Shown: piece after piece, positions 60,501-61,995 of the stretch
Numbering within the stretch: the stretch's first letter is position 1
Layout of the letters: each line of letters starts with the position of its first letter
Assembly (NCBI GenBank): GCA_902764415.1
Contig: CACWVU010000003.1
Coordinates: 3,857-67,856 of the forward strand
DNA from: an uncultured bacterium
Lineage (GTDB): Bacteria > Verrucomicrobiota > Kiritimatiellia > RFP12 > UBA1067
DNA: 64,000 nucleotides
Reading direction: 5' to 3'
Position numbers and translations under genes: made by a program
Notes under the pieces: model-generated
Databases searched by the model: none
Told to the model about the DNA's origin: nothing
Seen by the model: the letters and a program-made list of their open reading frames with translations, nothing else

Positions 60501-61925
60501 GCCTGCGTGTTCACCCGCCGCTTCGACGCCGACGACGGCGTGTCCCGCCAGATCCCGACCGACCTTGAGGACGTCGTCTGCCACGGCGCACGGCCGACCT
60601 TCAGCTGGTCGATGGGCTCCAAGAACACCTACACCGCCTTCCAGCTGCAGATCCTCGACGGCGGGTCGGTGGTCTACGACAGCGGTGTCCAGCTCGCTCC
60701 GTGCAGGAGCCCGGATGGCAAGTACACCTGGACCGCCCCGATCTCCGTCGGCGACCAGATGCCCAGCGGCCAGATCCTCTCCACGACCGGCAACTACACC
60801 TGGCGCGTCGCGATGTACAACGCCAAGTTCAAGCCCCATCCCTTCGTCGACGCCTTCTCGCAGAAAGCCTCGTTCCGCACCGACGTCGACGCCCAGCAGG
60901 ACACGGACGACGACGGCTTCAACGCCATCAACGTCTGCGTGAAGTACACCGGCCCCGTGGACGTGCTCGCTTTCTGCGACGACGCCTCCGTCAAGGGCAA
61001 GGTGCGCCTCCAGGCGTTCACCACCGCCGACTTCAGCGGCAAGGCGCGCTTCCAGGAGGCCGGATCCACCGACACCAAGATCGTCAGCGTGCCGGCCTCG
61101 CAGACCATCGTCACCGGCAAGGACGAGATCGCCGACGCCTCGCACACCATGGCGAACGCGCGGCTGATCGGCCTCCCCGCCGGCACCTACTACATCCGCG
61201 CCTACATCGACACCAACGGCAACTTCGAAAAGGACGACTGGGAGTCCTGGGGTCAGGCCACGGTGCCAGTCACCGTCGGTGCTGGGCTTGTTGCGCCGGT
61301 CGTCGGTCTCTACATCGAGGACGCCGACACCAACCAGGACTGGGTGCCAGATGCGCTTGAGTTCGACAACGACGGTCAGCTGAAGGACGAGTACAAGGGC
61401 AAGACGACCATCTCCGGCGAGTTCCTGATGTCGAAGAACCTCGCGGCGGCAATGTCCGGCAACACCCTGGAGGCCGGCATCTCCACCGGCATCTCCGGCG
61501 CCACCATCACGGCGTTCCAGTATGTCAACGCGATGGGTACGCTGCTCGGCGCCAACTCGAGCGGCAAGACGACGACGATCGACGCCATCCGCGAGGCGGT
61601 GGAGAAGAAGGTCAAGGACGGCACGGTGAAGATCACGTCGATCGCCTTCGACCCGGTCGACAAGAAGGTGGTGCTGGCGGTCGACGCCGAGGTGGCGGAC
61701 TCGGTGGCGGGCGAGCTCTTCTCGAAGATCTACGAGTTCCCGTCCGACGACGAGGCGAAGGTGACGGTCAAGGTCTACCGCAAGGATTCGCTGGTGCAGG
61801 CCGACTGGGTGCTCGTCCACACCGAGGCTAACGTCGCGGTCGGCAAGCACAGCCAGTACGTGGAGGTGGACCTCCCCGACGGCGACTACACCAGCGGCTT
61901 CTACCGCGTCGAGATCGAGCAGTAG
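30570..61925 (+). CDS. giant secreted multi-repeat protein, 10,451 aa (LamG + dozens of TSP3-like Ca-binding repeats + ~1,000-aa super-repeats)
   Basis: 31,356 nt with no stop. Signal ..MIKRFAAFAFAAFVAFGAQA. An alternative start is ATG 30612, preceded by gaggagg at 30598-30604. TSP3-like motifs occur throughout 34.6-61.4 kb: DTDGDGIPDGWE, DTDGDGLPDGYE, DPDHDGLSNYQEYL, DSDGDGLPDGFE. Coding periodicity is strong: G/C-ending codons were 20/20, 15/20, 14/20 and 19/20 in four spot samples. Confidence 0.9.
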   Translation: MKLSMTMKKTRRTGMIKRFAAFAFAAFVAFGAQAVEGEGDIRSVEAVYNLSAGYSYPNDVSPHKVGETFYILVRLLNEDYRNLNTNHQWQIVQSANGVAIGNAQASVFWPGLRIAIGSQIRTADFSSTGPNGEMSGPNLEFPYYTDFYFKYTVQEGELGLPVRLVNSKEQIINSATISGSYSLKFVNVNTLNNSNGYYWNLVNDKGTMASFWFGPDVPDPEPFDYPTEPSPGTGNGHIFPVYIYPGLYVQTIDFEPTYADATDPANKIWRDVYQGISDSPGKDPAIVGTAQDEGGATTVYIWSEDESIFSVAGIPGETVSYRVKGELVSRTVYPVQLTANGLSSFKLMGGASAEVGAWTNIVLCATKIPAINANEEIVDGCLVTRRVRVVAAPAPFITFSDADGNRSVSLEATSAYTVGSQMKMTFSKAFDDYDVKVKLMMSVGSTSIDLVAEKYILVSDSDGADPASTASLAEITMPRGQTETYFYIYPLGTCKELKTIGIVVSNSIDQATQPEAYEQFKDGTHRNMTVKVTDQKPVVTASIPSSGFKNDTVNVDVTVGDNWRDLSEQNTNGYRVVIILGGTKVYETNVVHFAENEQISFPVVIPAEGNPLKGTVQVWDQMGNASDTSLEGSILTIEALAPLTVMAGTFQSRDKSVAPDTDATYAEGQQVYVGAVLSSPAATKMYAFIVPMDAASSNLVYTSATTNGLEINTSGDNAQYSVRAPIKLLDGDVEGRRVNLGVVLKDKQDWFDPGAKVVDTYSLGGTWTLTVTNVPPTYASDGVWGGEETNRIEVANGARYPGRVSATTPVQFSVKVADPGVIDATSGTTRVRWTWTDGPADDRFTQSQITTVDANGIATATFIFEEEGQVQNVSLQLQDRDMRADNPNVFGDDKYFFSVAVGDVPTVIIDFAKSDGPNYVETANKNHNFFTVKMSEWPTASVPGRERLGLTNPLYVKVTLPTDYQDDSRAVLHLVDTNGVVQVDDDEGIVITFKTAKQATRDGIKVYFDLDSQNGGSGPVMDPSAFLVKAEVITDTAASDYQTWAEYYASIEEQVTLMNDNPSKFTLDMAGTQDWAGYAGATNEWTAGETIKLTWSYTDIAPDVTNQDATISWTLADVNNKRSVKVIAATNSITYSTKSPKVATATGTYEFKVPNAKYTKVTVTARDGDGGEAAYEFWIHVIPTKNVIINPYGPSPTTSTKYGTASGLGRGHIYVEGSTKQYTMRQFQQTWLYSESDPQAFLYAAGYPATNTVAYDDGTLGIAAGFELAAEPNAQGGKWATAQGESTRYSYGPSEYDNYFYCWLMKNQDSGGWEIQVVNPLTSPATAQPFNPMLPATDANNNGAYPSIEVEAVFAREYYPSDNLGDINADGIPDAYVKLYPGFGVFDDGGALTGNDLSRLDNFNVDEDYLPAAESVEYAKFIPGNAADWVMRGVPFNARREIRGWDYHLNNGPAISGVLNSAPERRYTNPKEDADSTLSALEYMGFLTWCAKNGHDAADEASWLLWSPENPTDPTLADTDGDKIPDGYEYYIWYRAHVGYIDYDGQYRRLIGRRYNTENPAEPTVIPSEEIESIYNPNVPNDLLAYVDTDGDGLNDLIEFELGTNPVDFDSDGDGLPDGFEVFISKTDPLIADLMTSNPDGDAKAELVVENLSVIGILNSDGKVERYTILNPDLGESFDVSDETVDGDWTYILNLSDGGRVTNAYVTATANVVTNGYFGSMTGAGTYLVSYLPSESTWKCVDVGDGAYYLGEPVEVNPGLRINFIKAGVTAKRTTLAAAPKMAYSVWKYDYSGRLVLGQELHEKWTPIFLPAGSTVVERPAAKNVTLLHHHVYQYRGLAKDKLDRSRKVWVPVKAFDPRTAWRVAGGANTSAFSTYDEFMYPHFLLQDSYRYSAGAALYTGGWSVSLSELTPNNDHGTRVSIWERYCPDPLNADTDGDGCPDGWEAYLFDGPPVYLPDNDENFPGERVYSVVLTPSIYNIGCKVAAGSPVSSSVAEDGSSSWADEYAGYDSTGAYPDCPTIVNGNRFPDWTNKAWPTDPWQDDTDGDGIPDMAERDFFRYGNATAPGAGGGLNPLSWDTDQDGLPDPWEAEFAGTYTPGDEKTTATTVAVDENGNTNTTVSVTRAGGTWSGGMDGTVNDATLDYDHDGLQNWQEYLVGAMRCWRYDDTISEWDNNVFNEMALQAAIDNLSGVADVADANVWNAFWTDRLVSDAQQGANPDGQYPVGKGYSPDHAGYNPRITVDGFFDCSASYFSLCENEWDPVAGSWYMFRDGINHDLSNPGEEWTFLEGSTLVQCNRFTWRPYYEALSGSSPKSLGDDSMSGGYDFGTFPSYVIAPDRYICCDPTLADTDGDGMDDYYELYHGMNPLLGIAGASERSNGGYDLVFAAYGGGQGTPGSEEPPPASADVNYWKKRPTDGTQSPNPCWRINQTRRIGTGLSDYDYEAYPWLNGLAYADPDGDDLRNQTESIMSDMQAQSTWLHSDPTPLWMTDLDYEGSITHRYYIPTEVRGLIILGAPDGFFDPETLKEYKFNDFMGYTWVDGEPPTLSIAGVDLNLGNVFDVAYDFEENEGYDTDHDYISDHDEAAGKTKSASDPQDSDSPLRRQAMYFPGEDSLLETTLEDPEYSAVGAIIGNDLPFLYYTVECWAKPEGDLTRDQTVVERAVYTGKSNLGDEQFLRKNFLIGIKNGRWYTMYDSAGTSVNDPQQILDGPFATTNWTHVAATFDGEYLSLYINGVKYKQIKTSLRPENGVAAVGTDVGGRLEGRSDWGNYAAILVGASATTFEGVVMDSLYRQLSMVGTKFSDYDRYFRGYVDEVRVWDGARAESEIRADYKKRYTRADALANREAVWEVWSQGIVNRSPSTENLLPAELRRHWTFDHMPGGVSTDVVMRSPAGFTTAEGVVDAKAIWSRPKEWESPWWTSVEVRSTVYKEHYEAWIPWISDTVGHLPRFDKTTTDSKYWSEDMIGGEFASTFGYSQVSFPRSAEPWSRWRQALHRTVPATAIDERYNWISEDPALLLTYYFTMRYRLKEGFDLLPLGGAYAKRISAAEGGMWDDGTAADAWAETGADADFDRLPDWWADYARNNYCDPLDPPERIGWDTAVNYDGIVMAAWAAYLRDLARGMLSDGKYHPEFADNRDLDHDGIPDWWEDMYKINTGSKDDAVADPDHDGLSNYQEYLISEVDRIVALDPTLAHSITEDVVDYYVQTTNSLGETVYLGELYADHDFMEDLEEDANGLDRTRYDANTDADEDGWSAWSELRYSDYKLTTAQKFVSHLAGVEEVEDYPVPVVHATLRYNGSKVPVGSTAPVIVYAYSGNNLQNEPNAVYTVTPGASETRYLYLGFFEDRVFHGTLTPGWVVNNLGSFSLQVAHAQPDDIFSWEIFDDEGNSLGLYSGTYDEMRAAVTTYGSRCKVKTKEFVWSDTLASGNGGTSDDEFALKIASVDSTMKGHILLFNKRVGDIDLITGDFDLDVSVLKSYFMTYGIALPQHFLRLMYQSQLPTLQTKDLQVSLARPDRGKLTEGVTAFVAFIDADGDGAFTPGTDPIGFMKDVEVGWDQVPSLVIEMTDSSQAAGERFAYGGGSNTVDTLRIIRTSVNGSEEGVKRRIVYSRETGDVKRNTVYEGDLVTSGKFGLDWSSLRADLKAMETVAFDDVTEVGYTVTLGGGSVQNINPANVARTFTVEYTTKPVKPTLYSPSALADPKVETARPEFKWSGADGYTSFILQIWNAETNVYASPLTALPPTDSFGRYFWTPPVYIGNDISDDAWALNNNTNYRWRVAMFNAKFSDTNAADVAWSDFAAFETRLAPANDFSTRLGRADVKVRYYGPATNELGTVIVQLFRNADFAGVPAAQTRLYAADLAAEANSLTNAAAVSFLGLDADEYFAVAFIDRNGNAKREPYETWGYSAQVGHSLPAIWRPLGAKVDPTSSEVSTVEVFMEDTDVNRDDILDWNQDESLLATAASGTASGADTSDVDLDGLTGDEETGDTYTNRQRWDTDGDGMPDGWEARFADTDPLMADAELAADGDLMAFAVTNGIYRLVTDAAGARYLVRDTNSAYRVGDVISTTNLVTTYDYMTVVADETGTNFVTVTYAGLGTNVLATGTFKIDTISPVSVALVHAQVYDEFGYWQSTAVDPADPLTKPFTALDKYMLARYFEAIGFTGVREEAMNVSKTWKDFTLKPLDADCDRDGVADGWELYLMFGTNGVATAQTLATPAAAEISPWKYADRDADIDGDELSLVDEYAQGRTPSDPWNKYSVYEELLAAGVVPEDADKFTDAKARRFAIAAADYDEDWDLDQISNVQEMWAYYRDMARLADIDPENPRSDGFTPDYFRMIGTNSYLGAYYNGAEFVERAARSMLDITDLRMAGTRDLYHSGWDLWSIVRYSYAKQEESGEEFSEELSVANKYTYVMFEGYEGVTEDALVKFHHDDLGHATCGSLAGVITTHGGLEQMKEEIRQRSVSALDASGFDTPEPMVKFTFRYTGFGMRDVIVDVWQTSSIYPERGEQVASSFALQPAFDAGVAYARAKFPARGTLKQGPAKFVAYIDADESGTLSPGETFGVAEANVGYSDLDLTIRLGDGNPALPTINLVANGTNDTERPIQTVAIVRTKVNGQYVSPRGVMLKRYDNNVNRTAIYPSDWINETDGFIGVDKYLAFDAQADIDPSDETLPAVEEVTYEIVKLRRSFLIDSDDGTKISNTNLNHYVYTEVVEDEETGDSSNVYHTVDQQVNEEFTLRYSVARDVPLEVTGSAASKASDTVVSFLVPADRAVTKFWLDIDGSVKGGDSDRGFLLANLVTGDVLNTAPGLTGQYTSRRVILDGDWFRENGIAFTEGEHGVRVALGNDKFPAAPTEAAEWSERAEFSVAADAVFKGMVAVRAVHPVVTNENAFTTITVAAYEQPDLANPVATATSVTNGAAVVLGGLRTGRKYYLAAWYVKDAADGRSGSSAADPKVRMPYDTWGYLTMLGEATNGFNAAAIVATEKSVPTNTIWMQDTDWNDNGVADREENLTIKSIPGFTPSEAPEWEDVDCDGIPDQDDEDPVFDNSTKSIEGDVMAKATLKMLTVRIGTVELETNWVTYVVYDPDQETATRLDGDTIVIPRGTPASALTSLYTTYLYGRKKSAPLGIGVATNLAEGVVYEHEWKDVALVHHQVYERFGFNPNTANALASPSNWVNTAKFTALDKYIVTNYLYAIGAVVDPASFTNWTLNARRVDFDYDGLTDGWELYTMFGTNAVQALDKTAKASVINAWVAGDRELDPDGDGLTNLHEYNGGFEPTDPWNKYTFDFGTPLPGGALPLTDYEARRFDIGSAEKQLADDDNDGLSNWAELLATRNGAFGEFDVKKDFTVTNQFDYFRTNGLEGVARRYAGFVVTDHDFVGDAWEDAHDLTVANRYVYDAHTDYDDNGWSLWSEATAAAMWKPEVITNTYDMGDEVYTWVYTNGVEFTGTPLPKVNLVAIGDVGDKNYSYQQVENEGTTNAVTNTVWATYPVTLKAYRGNDLGSAYRTFYVDGTVKDGVLVASFDGEGLVEGLNTFVLENGDASGFCKAMVGFDRVDLEISIDSGESVIPPRTVYGWGDAVSIRRTEINGRTCPMRYVWSGSVDGYVTAADVLKSGAIDLDARYLVEDAAAMGIANTNIASVTYEVSGWYGQTFTKTFAAKRPVAIPVSPTIGKAYTVRTRKPVFAFAGLDGATAFALQISISTNAADVFLATTNLLPAANSAGSRIFKSDWQIGEGLDLNDSSNYFWRVVGLSAKWPEVEESGASAWAEFKTSVDSTKANTGYGKIAAEVRYYGAATNDTASVIVGVWRDAAFAGTPVAMKHLAAGDFAALAVQKEESEFFKPTASVEFDGIEPGNYYVMAYNDLNGNGKRDAWESWGYKNKVGTDEPDLYAPVALTVVSTKAATPTALVFMEDTDINDNGIPDCVEDIDFCGEDPSSVSGSMDLDGDGLDESDEIWNEHLYGTDPLVWDTDGDGLPDGYEVWAGLDPVSEYDIMLTRTYADTNGVEQTYTYRTSAAENAEDGDVMAYAMIVRRALVVADAVGGETVTLVVDPADTTDYRVGGKLKAGGVTSFATAVPYATLPSADWNEYTEKEYYVLSTNVYEATDNDFVVDVVDEFEIMLMHWQVYGAFGFESGVATPGDTEKRADGQVHTRPMYGIDKYLVSALLGIEEDMNQNRRWGQGLTCLKPGVSDYDGDGIPDGWELYMMFPGAKAGRYEPAMNPWKPFDGYTPGAGGMTWTGLDYYDKDGNLHTAGDADWTPADWYNGGANAASPYTANDGNTFYVDIDDKTARQWNIESVTNQLADVDNDGLSNMDEYLAARDTLVPGAADLDVRNNFSNGTTLDYFRTNGVSGAGRRYLGEIATDHDFIEDWYEDFYNTDSASRNRYDAYNDREEDGWSNWSEARAGTNPELFGTLSLVRYDLTEDNVVAEYPIPTIGVTLTYQTMDTFDSSIVLKAWHGDTAAGTPDAVWTVSGAANGSTISKRFLGLNPNRRVDFNIGPGDIAEHHVKIRWYDPDYYIETINYETNGTIKSIVYTIHDIDSSRWSTPPYFGDDVLDQSNGKYTAAIPGGWVNYKTGDISIDFSDPAYRDTDYTYHERVDDNQKIIHHWNLTRSFFNVEYMSRIVSSGNRKTFSLSKPMEADANSKGRLVEGRTIFIAFADVNGNGVLDPGEPFGYQKGVEVGWDKVADLRIELTDEAPALPRVALGGISSNAWLSIRRQVVNDSVRRGIEKVVWTGRAPSSGSLTEADILLEAGGYVFDGSLTNDAVKAGLGQVYSSCYGLYADGDLIAAFTNVFDLARDVPVPVSPSDKNGYLVRTARPTFVFNGDRSKYTAFAIQIADAAGDVVWTSTTNVFPAATASGSEYVAPVYIGQGQLLADGTNYLWRVAQFNSKFPTAEDDADWSDWTPFKTAVDSTDGDTGYGKLSAEIRYYGAATSALTNVIVGVYDTADFTGEPIAKATLLGDGTVQDLARIPDAGKGFMNIETNVVFDGVSAGPRYVMAYIDVNGNGRRDRYEPWGYYNNVGTDTKALYTPMSLAVSAAKADAPSCIVFIEDTDVNDNGIPDSAEDTSSWTDPLPASADLTDADGDGLTAFDEINLYGTNPYCADTDGDGMDDGWEVANGLNPRVDDSDVVGADDVMAYAEVEAQIAVSNDTVYVVMTVVDGYGKVVATNLYDTFTLGDGRIAVGKKSDAVVVPGQFYATISTNVVLIHSAVYDWFGFDPTTANPRATAAEDEGGEDGNGLGRNTVPFTAYWKFVTEKHYLKELFGVDWSLKTAAIDSNANGLPDGWELYVAFATKTVDPNTNTGFPLAGDILVDAIANFNEGVDESDPWNRYYFYEQLGSTNGVVRYTNAEARKYDLANGDLTNDEDFDGLSNYSEFLASKLTPAIELDVTNPVTDGVTPDYFRKAGDDYMGLLFNGGEFIEPELRRVMGIATQTGAGTQDYKDTGWDAWATARYSIYNMDQTVDISGVVSDELMLLIRYWNVIRPGEFTGTTVKEALDFFHEVWEGVIRLIDSEGNILIDGKDASVSGPGTIHQADAAQTTTQVVAFFGGQAKMEEVIARNKKDIAADQIVKPEPEVKLLLKYAGNGSHNVVIEAYQLNPAYPEYGEQMTAQWTTPVTFSAGIAQTVLATTPASGALLQGPARFVAYIDQDGSNSLSAGDIFGETSCEVGYLGCNLEIALGEANPALPALRLADGTNAVNTIALVRTAINGKPLYNNAKGVFIVQFPNNAARESLYPDEYDSGDYIGIDQGLSTLVNIKDEHGVVTNGIESVTYEVLRLTPYEIAGLSITNLNHYILVETNGESSVTSNFVNQSVNEEITIKYSLIRDVAKSIACAGSTADDLTFTFTVPTDTANTKFWLKTVSGVETNILGGTKGFILNDIRDGVVVLDKQWFKKNNVAIPTGRVKFGVVLGNDRFGRPGDSSDDWNCALAEVFVNEGASFDGKLAVVVKHPTATLGSKLTIAAYESSDLANAVAVTNNVAASTAVELTGLRPGASYYIAAWYVNDENDGRGSDKSGNKYRMPYDTWGYYCKLDVTNALGVASSMAFDPVAVIAATNASEITIYLQDTDWNANNIVDREENFRAINGDYDRSVDPKYGFDIAGIDEVELFSDAGENDVFAYAEVPFYCVMANVGGAEMWFAVTNLDEETVSDKIVPGIPVGALLKDLITLKATYFYDFGKTKPTRLALGTNIVWTGEEKVVKAVESKSLILVHGQVYDYFKFNPNTANGRIAKSGWVNTRSFTSADKSYVTNYLANVLGETDVSGKALPIDYPDADEVVNGRGDGILDGWELYVKHSPWDFTDRTFDADEDGLDQLHEYDGGFEPTDPWDAYSVYNNFFENGLLLPGTPKFTDAEARRFGIAEADVDKDDDNDLLTNLQEIQAYYYDRTGLDDIDPEKAWSDGATPDYFRAVGSTYLGLLFNGGEFIEPEARKALGIGVFSQVGTRDHAMTGWDNWSTVRYSIAKKEGTLSVSGVSEELMLVIRYLNVIRPGEFQGGTLEEVLEFFHSNWEGVTRAIDSEGNVVVEAKDKEVHGGAYIVDADAVSTTEGLIRFFGGVDRMQADIAANKKVLTDADIATPEVEVVLTLKYAGNDSQNIAVEAYQVNPAYPEYGMQQTAKWNVSEKFSAGVAQIVLPSTPAAGALVQGPARFVAYIDQDGDNKLSAGDIYGTTDVEVGYLGAKLTIRMGGEQDYAYPLVRVQATNDCSIVALVRSKINDVPLYSQVAGVYYCYLQNNAAREAIYPIEFFTEEHTGLDKDLALDYGGELEQIESVTYEILHLDLAGLNDVNVTNLNHYLWIEEVETDDGVSNVVHFVEQSLNEEVTFRYSNTRDKADVWGVADAVKGNVTVSFTVPNDGYANTRFWLKVNGAVYDGEHGNGFLIPPVADHVVVLDQEWFDNEGKDVVFDVGENKVQVLLGNDKYAYTEDVAEWSEEARFSVDAAPIRTGKLAVEVKHPLTNFTSGVTIAAYETADLVNPVVVSNNVASDAAVVLEGLRPGAKYYVAAWYAKEPDDGRLNADTRMPWDSWGYYCNLTHTNALQIAGTYGFDPVAIAAGDTLVSTNAVWLQDTDFNDNGVADREEDFLDVPAFYDRELEVAYYFDIAGAEERHTSGGGGSTATHWAMAYAVVPYATVATTNERGAVVWYAVVVDPADPSSSNVTSVGIAVGTPLSELKLASTYYYGKELALGTNVSFAADSEWKVTESRVQDVVLVHAQVLDRFGFDPATANSAIATGERVNSKEFTKRDKSRYLADYLENALGVTNAAAYVLNTTVDDSDPVYGGMGDGIADGWELYMMFKPDGVRDGIVGTVADLTNELVRLSPWNYDDRDGDLDGDGLSNLLEYDGGHFPTNPYDVDTDGDGITDLYAWKYMLKGGEADGDTDGDRLSNYAEYLISEVFQFCDLDPRNPKTDGACVDYFRKVGNLYLGELFTDHDQVSDRWEAQYATEKSNTGDIWANRYVYDPEKDLDGDGWSNYAESRAGTSPEVADSIGIDQMTLAEHPVPIIEATVVYNGYDPIYGPIVFRAWNQKYDPEMMHAPDAIWTVPSSVSRGSDGNGTTTDAGAQVLEAAKYVGVKPAGRVVYSLGPGSVTPGSVKIYFRDPAFRRAVVRDRTEVYVSDAGVSQAKWYALVQDKNGELVTSITNQTAVAVGSIDYTTGKVEIDFGSAALSGSVYAQMINATSGNEKIDSDITHSLQYFNCEKLNLDASYVKLEWNRTRVGTNVGGVYYLGDADPATGESSGGSSGGNPFSSGGNSTSFTSMSKGYVREGLNSFVVYADQDGDGDYTPGEPFGFVRDVDVGWQGAKFSVELSETSPIFARVNVRTEENDRVNLYGVYSDTMFITNIMDLATAQSVDEASMTDGGRYIHVRIDRYAVNGVQLGVGAGQLNIDDRVLVDKYIDGNVRSVFHEGDFLKEGEFDIDWSTFEEISESPEIAEKLGNNPDITSVAYRIVVDNALVVSPATNNLSLACVFTRRFDADDGVSRQIPTDLEDVVCHGARPTFSWSMGSKNTYTAFQLQILDGGSVVYDSGVQLAPCRSPDGKYTWTAPISVGDQMPSGQILSTTGNYTWRVAMYNAKFKPHPFVDAFSQKASFRTDVDAQQDTDDDGFNAINVCVKYTGPVDVLAFCDDASVKGKVRLQAFTTADFSGKARFQEAGSTDTKIVSVPASQTIVTGKDEIADASHTMANARLIGLPAGTYYIRAYIDTNGNFEKDDWESWGQATVPVTVGAGLVAPVVGLYIEDADTNQDWVPDALEFDNDGQLKDEYKGKTTISGEFLMSKNLAAAMSGNTLEAGISTGISGATITAFQYVNAMGTLLGANSSGKTTTIDAIREAVEKKVKDGTVKITSIAFDPVDKKVVLAVDAEVADSVAGELFSKIYEFPSDDEAKVTVKVYRKDSLVQADWVLVHTEANVAVGKHSQYVEVDLPDGDYTSGFYRVEIEQ
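38380..39080 (+). other. single LamG/concanavalin-A-like domain inside the giant protein
   Basis: RRQAMYFPGEDS...YTVECWAKPEGDLTRDQTVVERA...NWTHVAATFDGEYLSLYINGVKY...FRGYVDEVRVWDGARAESEIRADYKKRY is the typical Laminin_G_3 pattern. Confidence 0.75.
39700..61330 (+). repeat. seven divergent ~3-kb (~1,000-aa) coding super-repeats of two architectures (order A-B-A-A-B-B-A)
   Basis: The in-frame anchor motif L(V/M/I)H.QV(Y/L)..FG(F/Y) sits at nt 42921, 46023, 48942, 52212, 55233 and 58230, giving spacings of 1034, 973, 1090, 1007 and 999 aa. Type A units carry DHDF..NRY.Y...D(G/E)DGWS.WSE, F.AF.D..G.G...PG.P.G....VEVGW, RP.F.(W/F).G...Y.WRVA.FN.KF, RYYG.AT and Y.(V/I).AY.D.NGN(G).(K/R)(R/D)..E.WGY. 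Type B units carry PDYFR..G..Y.G..(Y/F)NG.EF(V/I)E, FVAYID.D....LS.G..(F/Y)G....VGY, NLNHY, KFWL, AAYE..DLAN(P/A)V, YY.AAWY and RMP(Y/W)D(T/S)WGY. Confidence 0.8.
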
Positions 61926-61926
61926 T

Positions 61927-61975
61927 GTTCGTGGTTCGTGGCTCGTGGTTCGTGATTCGCGGGCTGTGGATTGTG
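61927..61975. repeat. seven exactly phased heptamers (consensus GyTCGTG) directly after the giant-gene stop codon
   Basis: gttcgtg gttcgtg gctcgtg gttcgtg attcgcg ggctgtg gattgtg. It starts 2 nt after TAG 61923-61925 and ends 21 nt before ackA ATG 61996. No inverted partner lies nearby. Confidence 0.8.
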
Positions 61976-61995
61976 AAAAAGGGAAAAAGGAGAAA

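Noticed and set aside
61620-61925. The C-terminal ~100 aa of the giant protein as a T9SS-type sorting domain. The ending is ..VDLPDGDYTSGFYRVEIEQ, beta-rich.
   Set aside because: There is only a vague resemblance to the G.Y..V motif of Por-secretion tails. No T9SS genes are in the window, and the gene content does not point to Bacteroidota or Fibrobacterota. This cannot be supported without an HMM search.
30570-61925. A diversity-generating retroelement (template/variable repeat pair) or phase-variation cassette among the repeated modules of the giant genes.
   Set aside because: No reverse transcriptase or invertase gene is in the window. The repeat copies differ by general divergence at all base types, not by adenine-specific changes.
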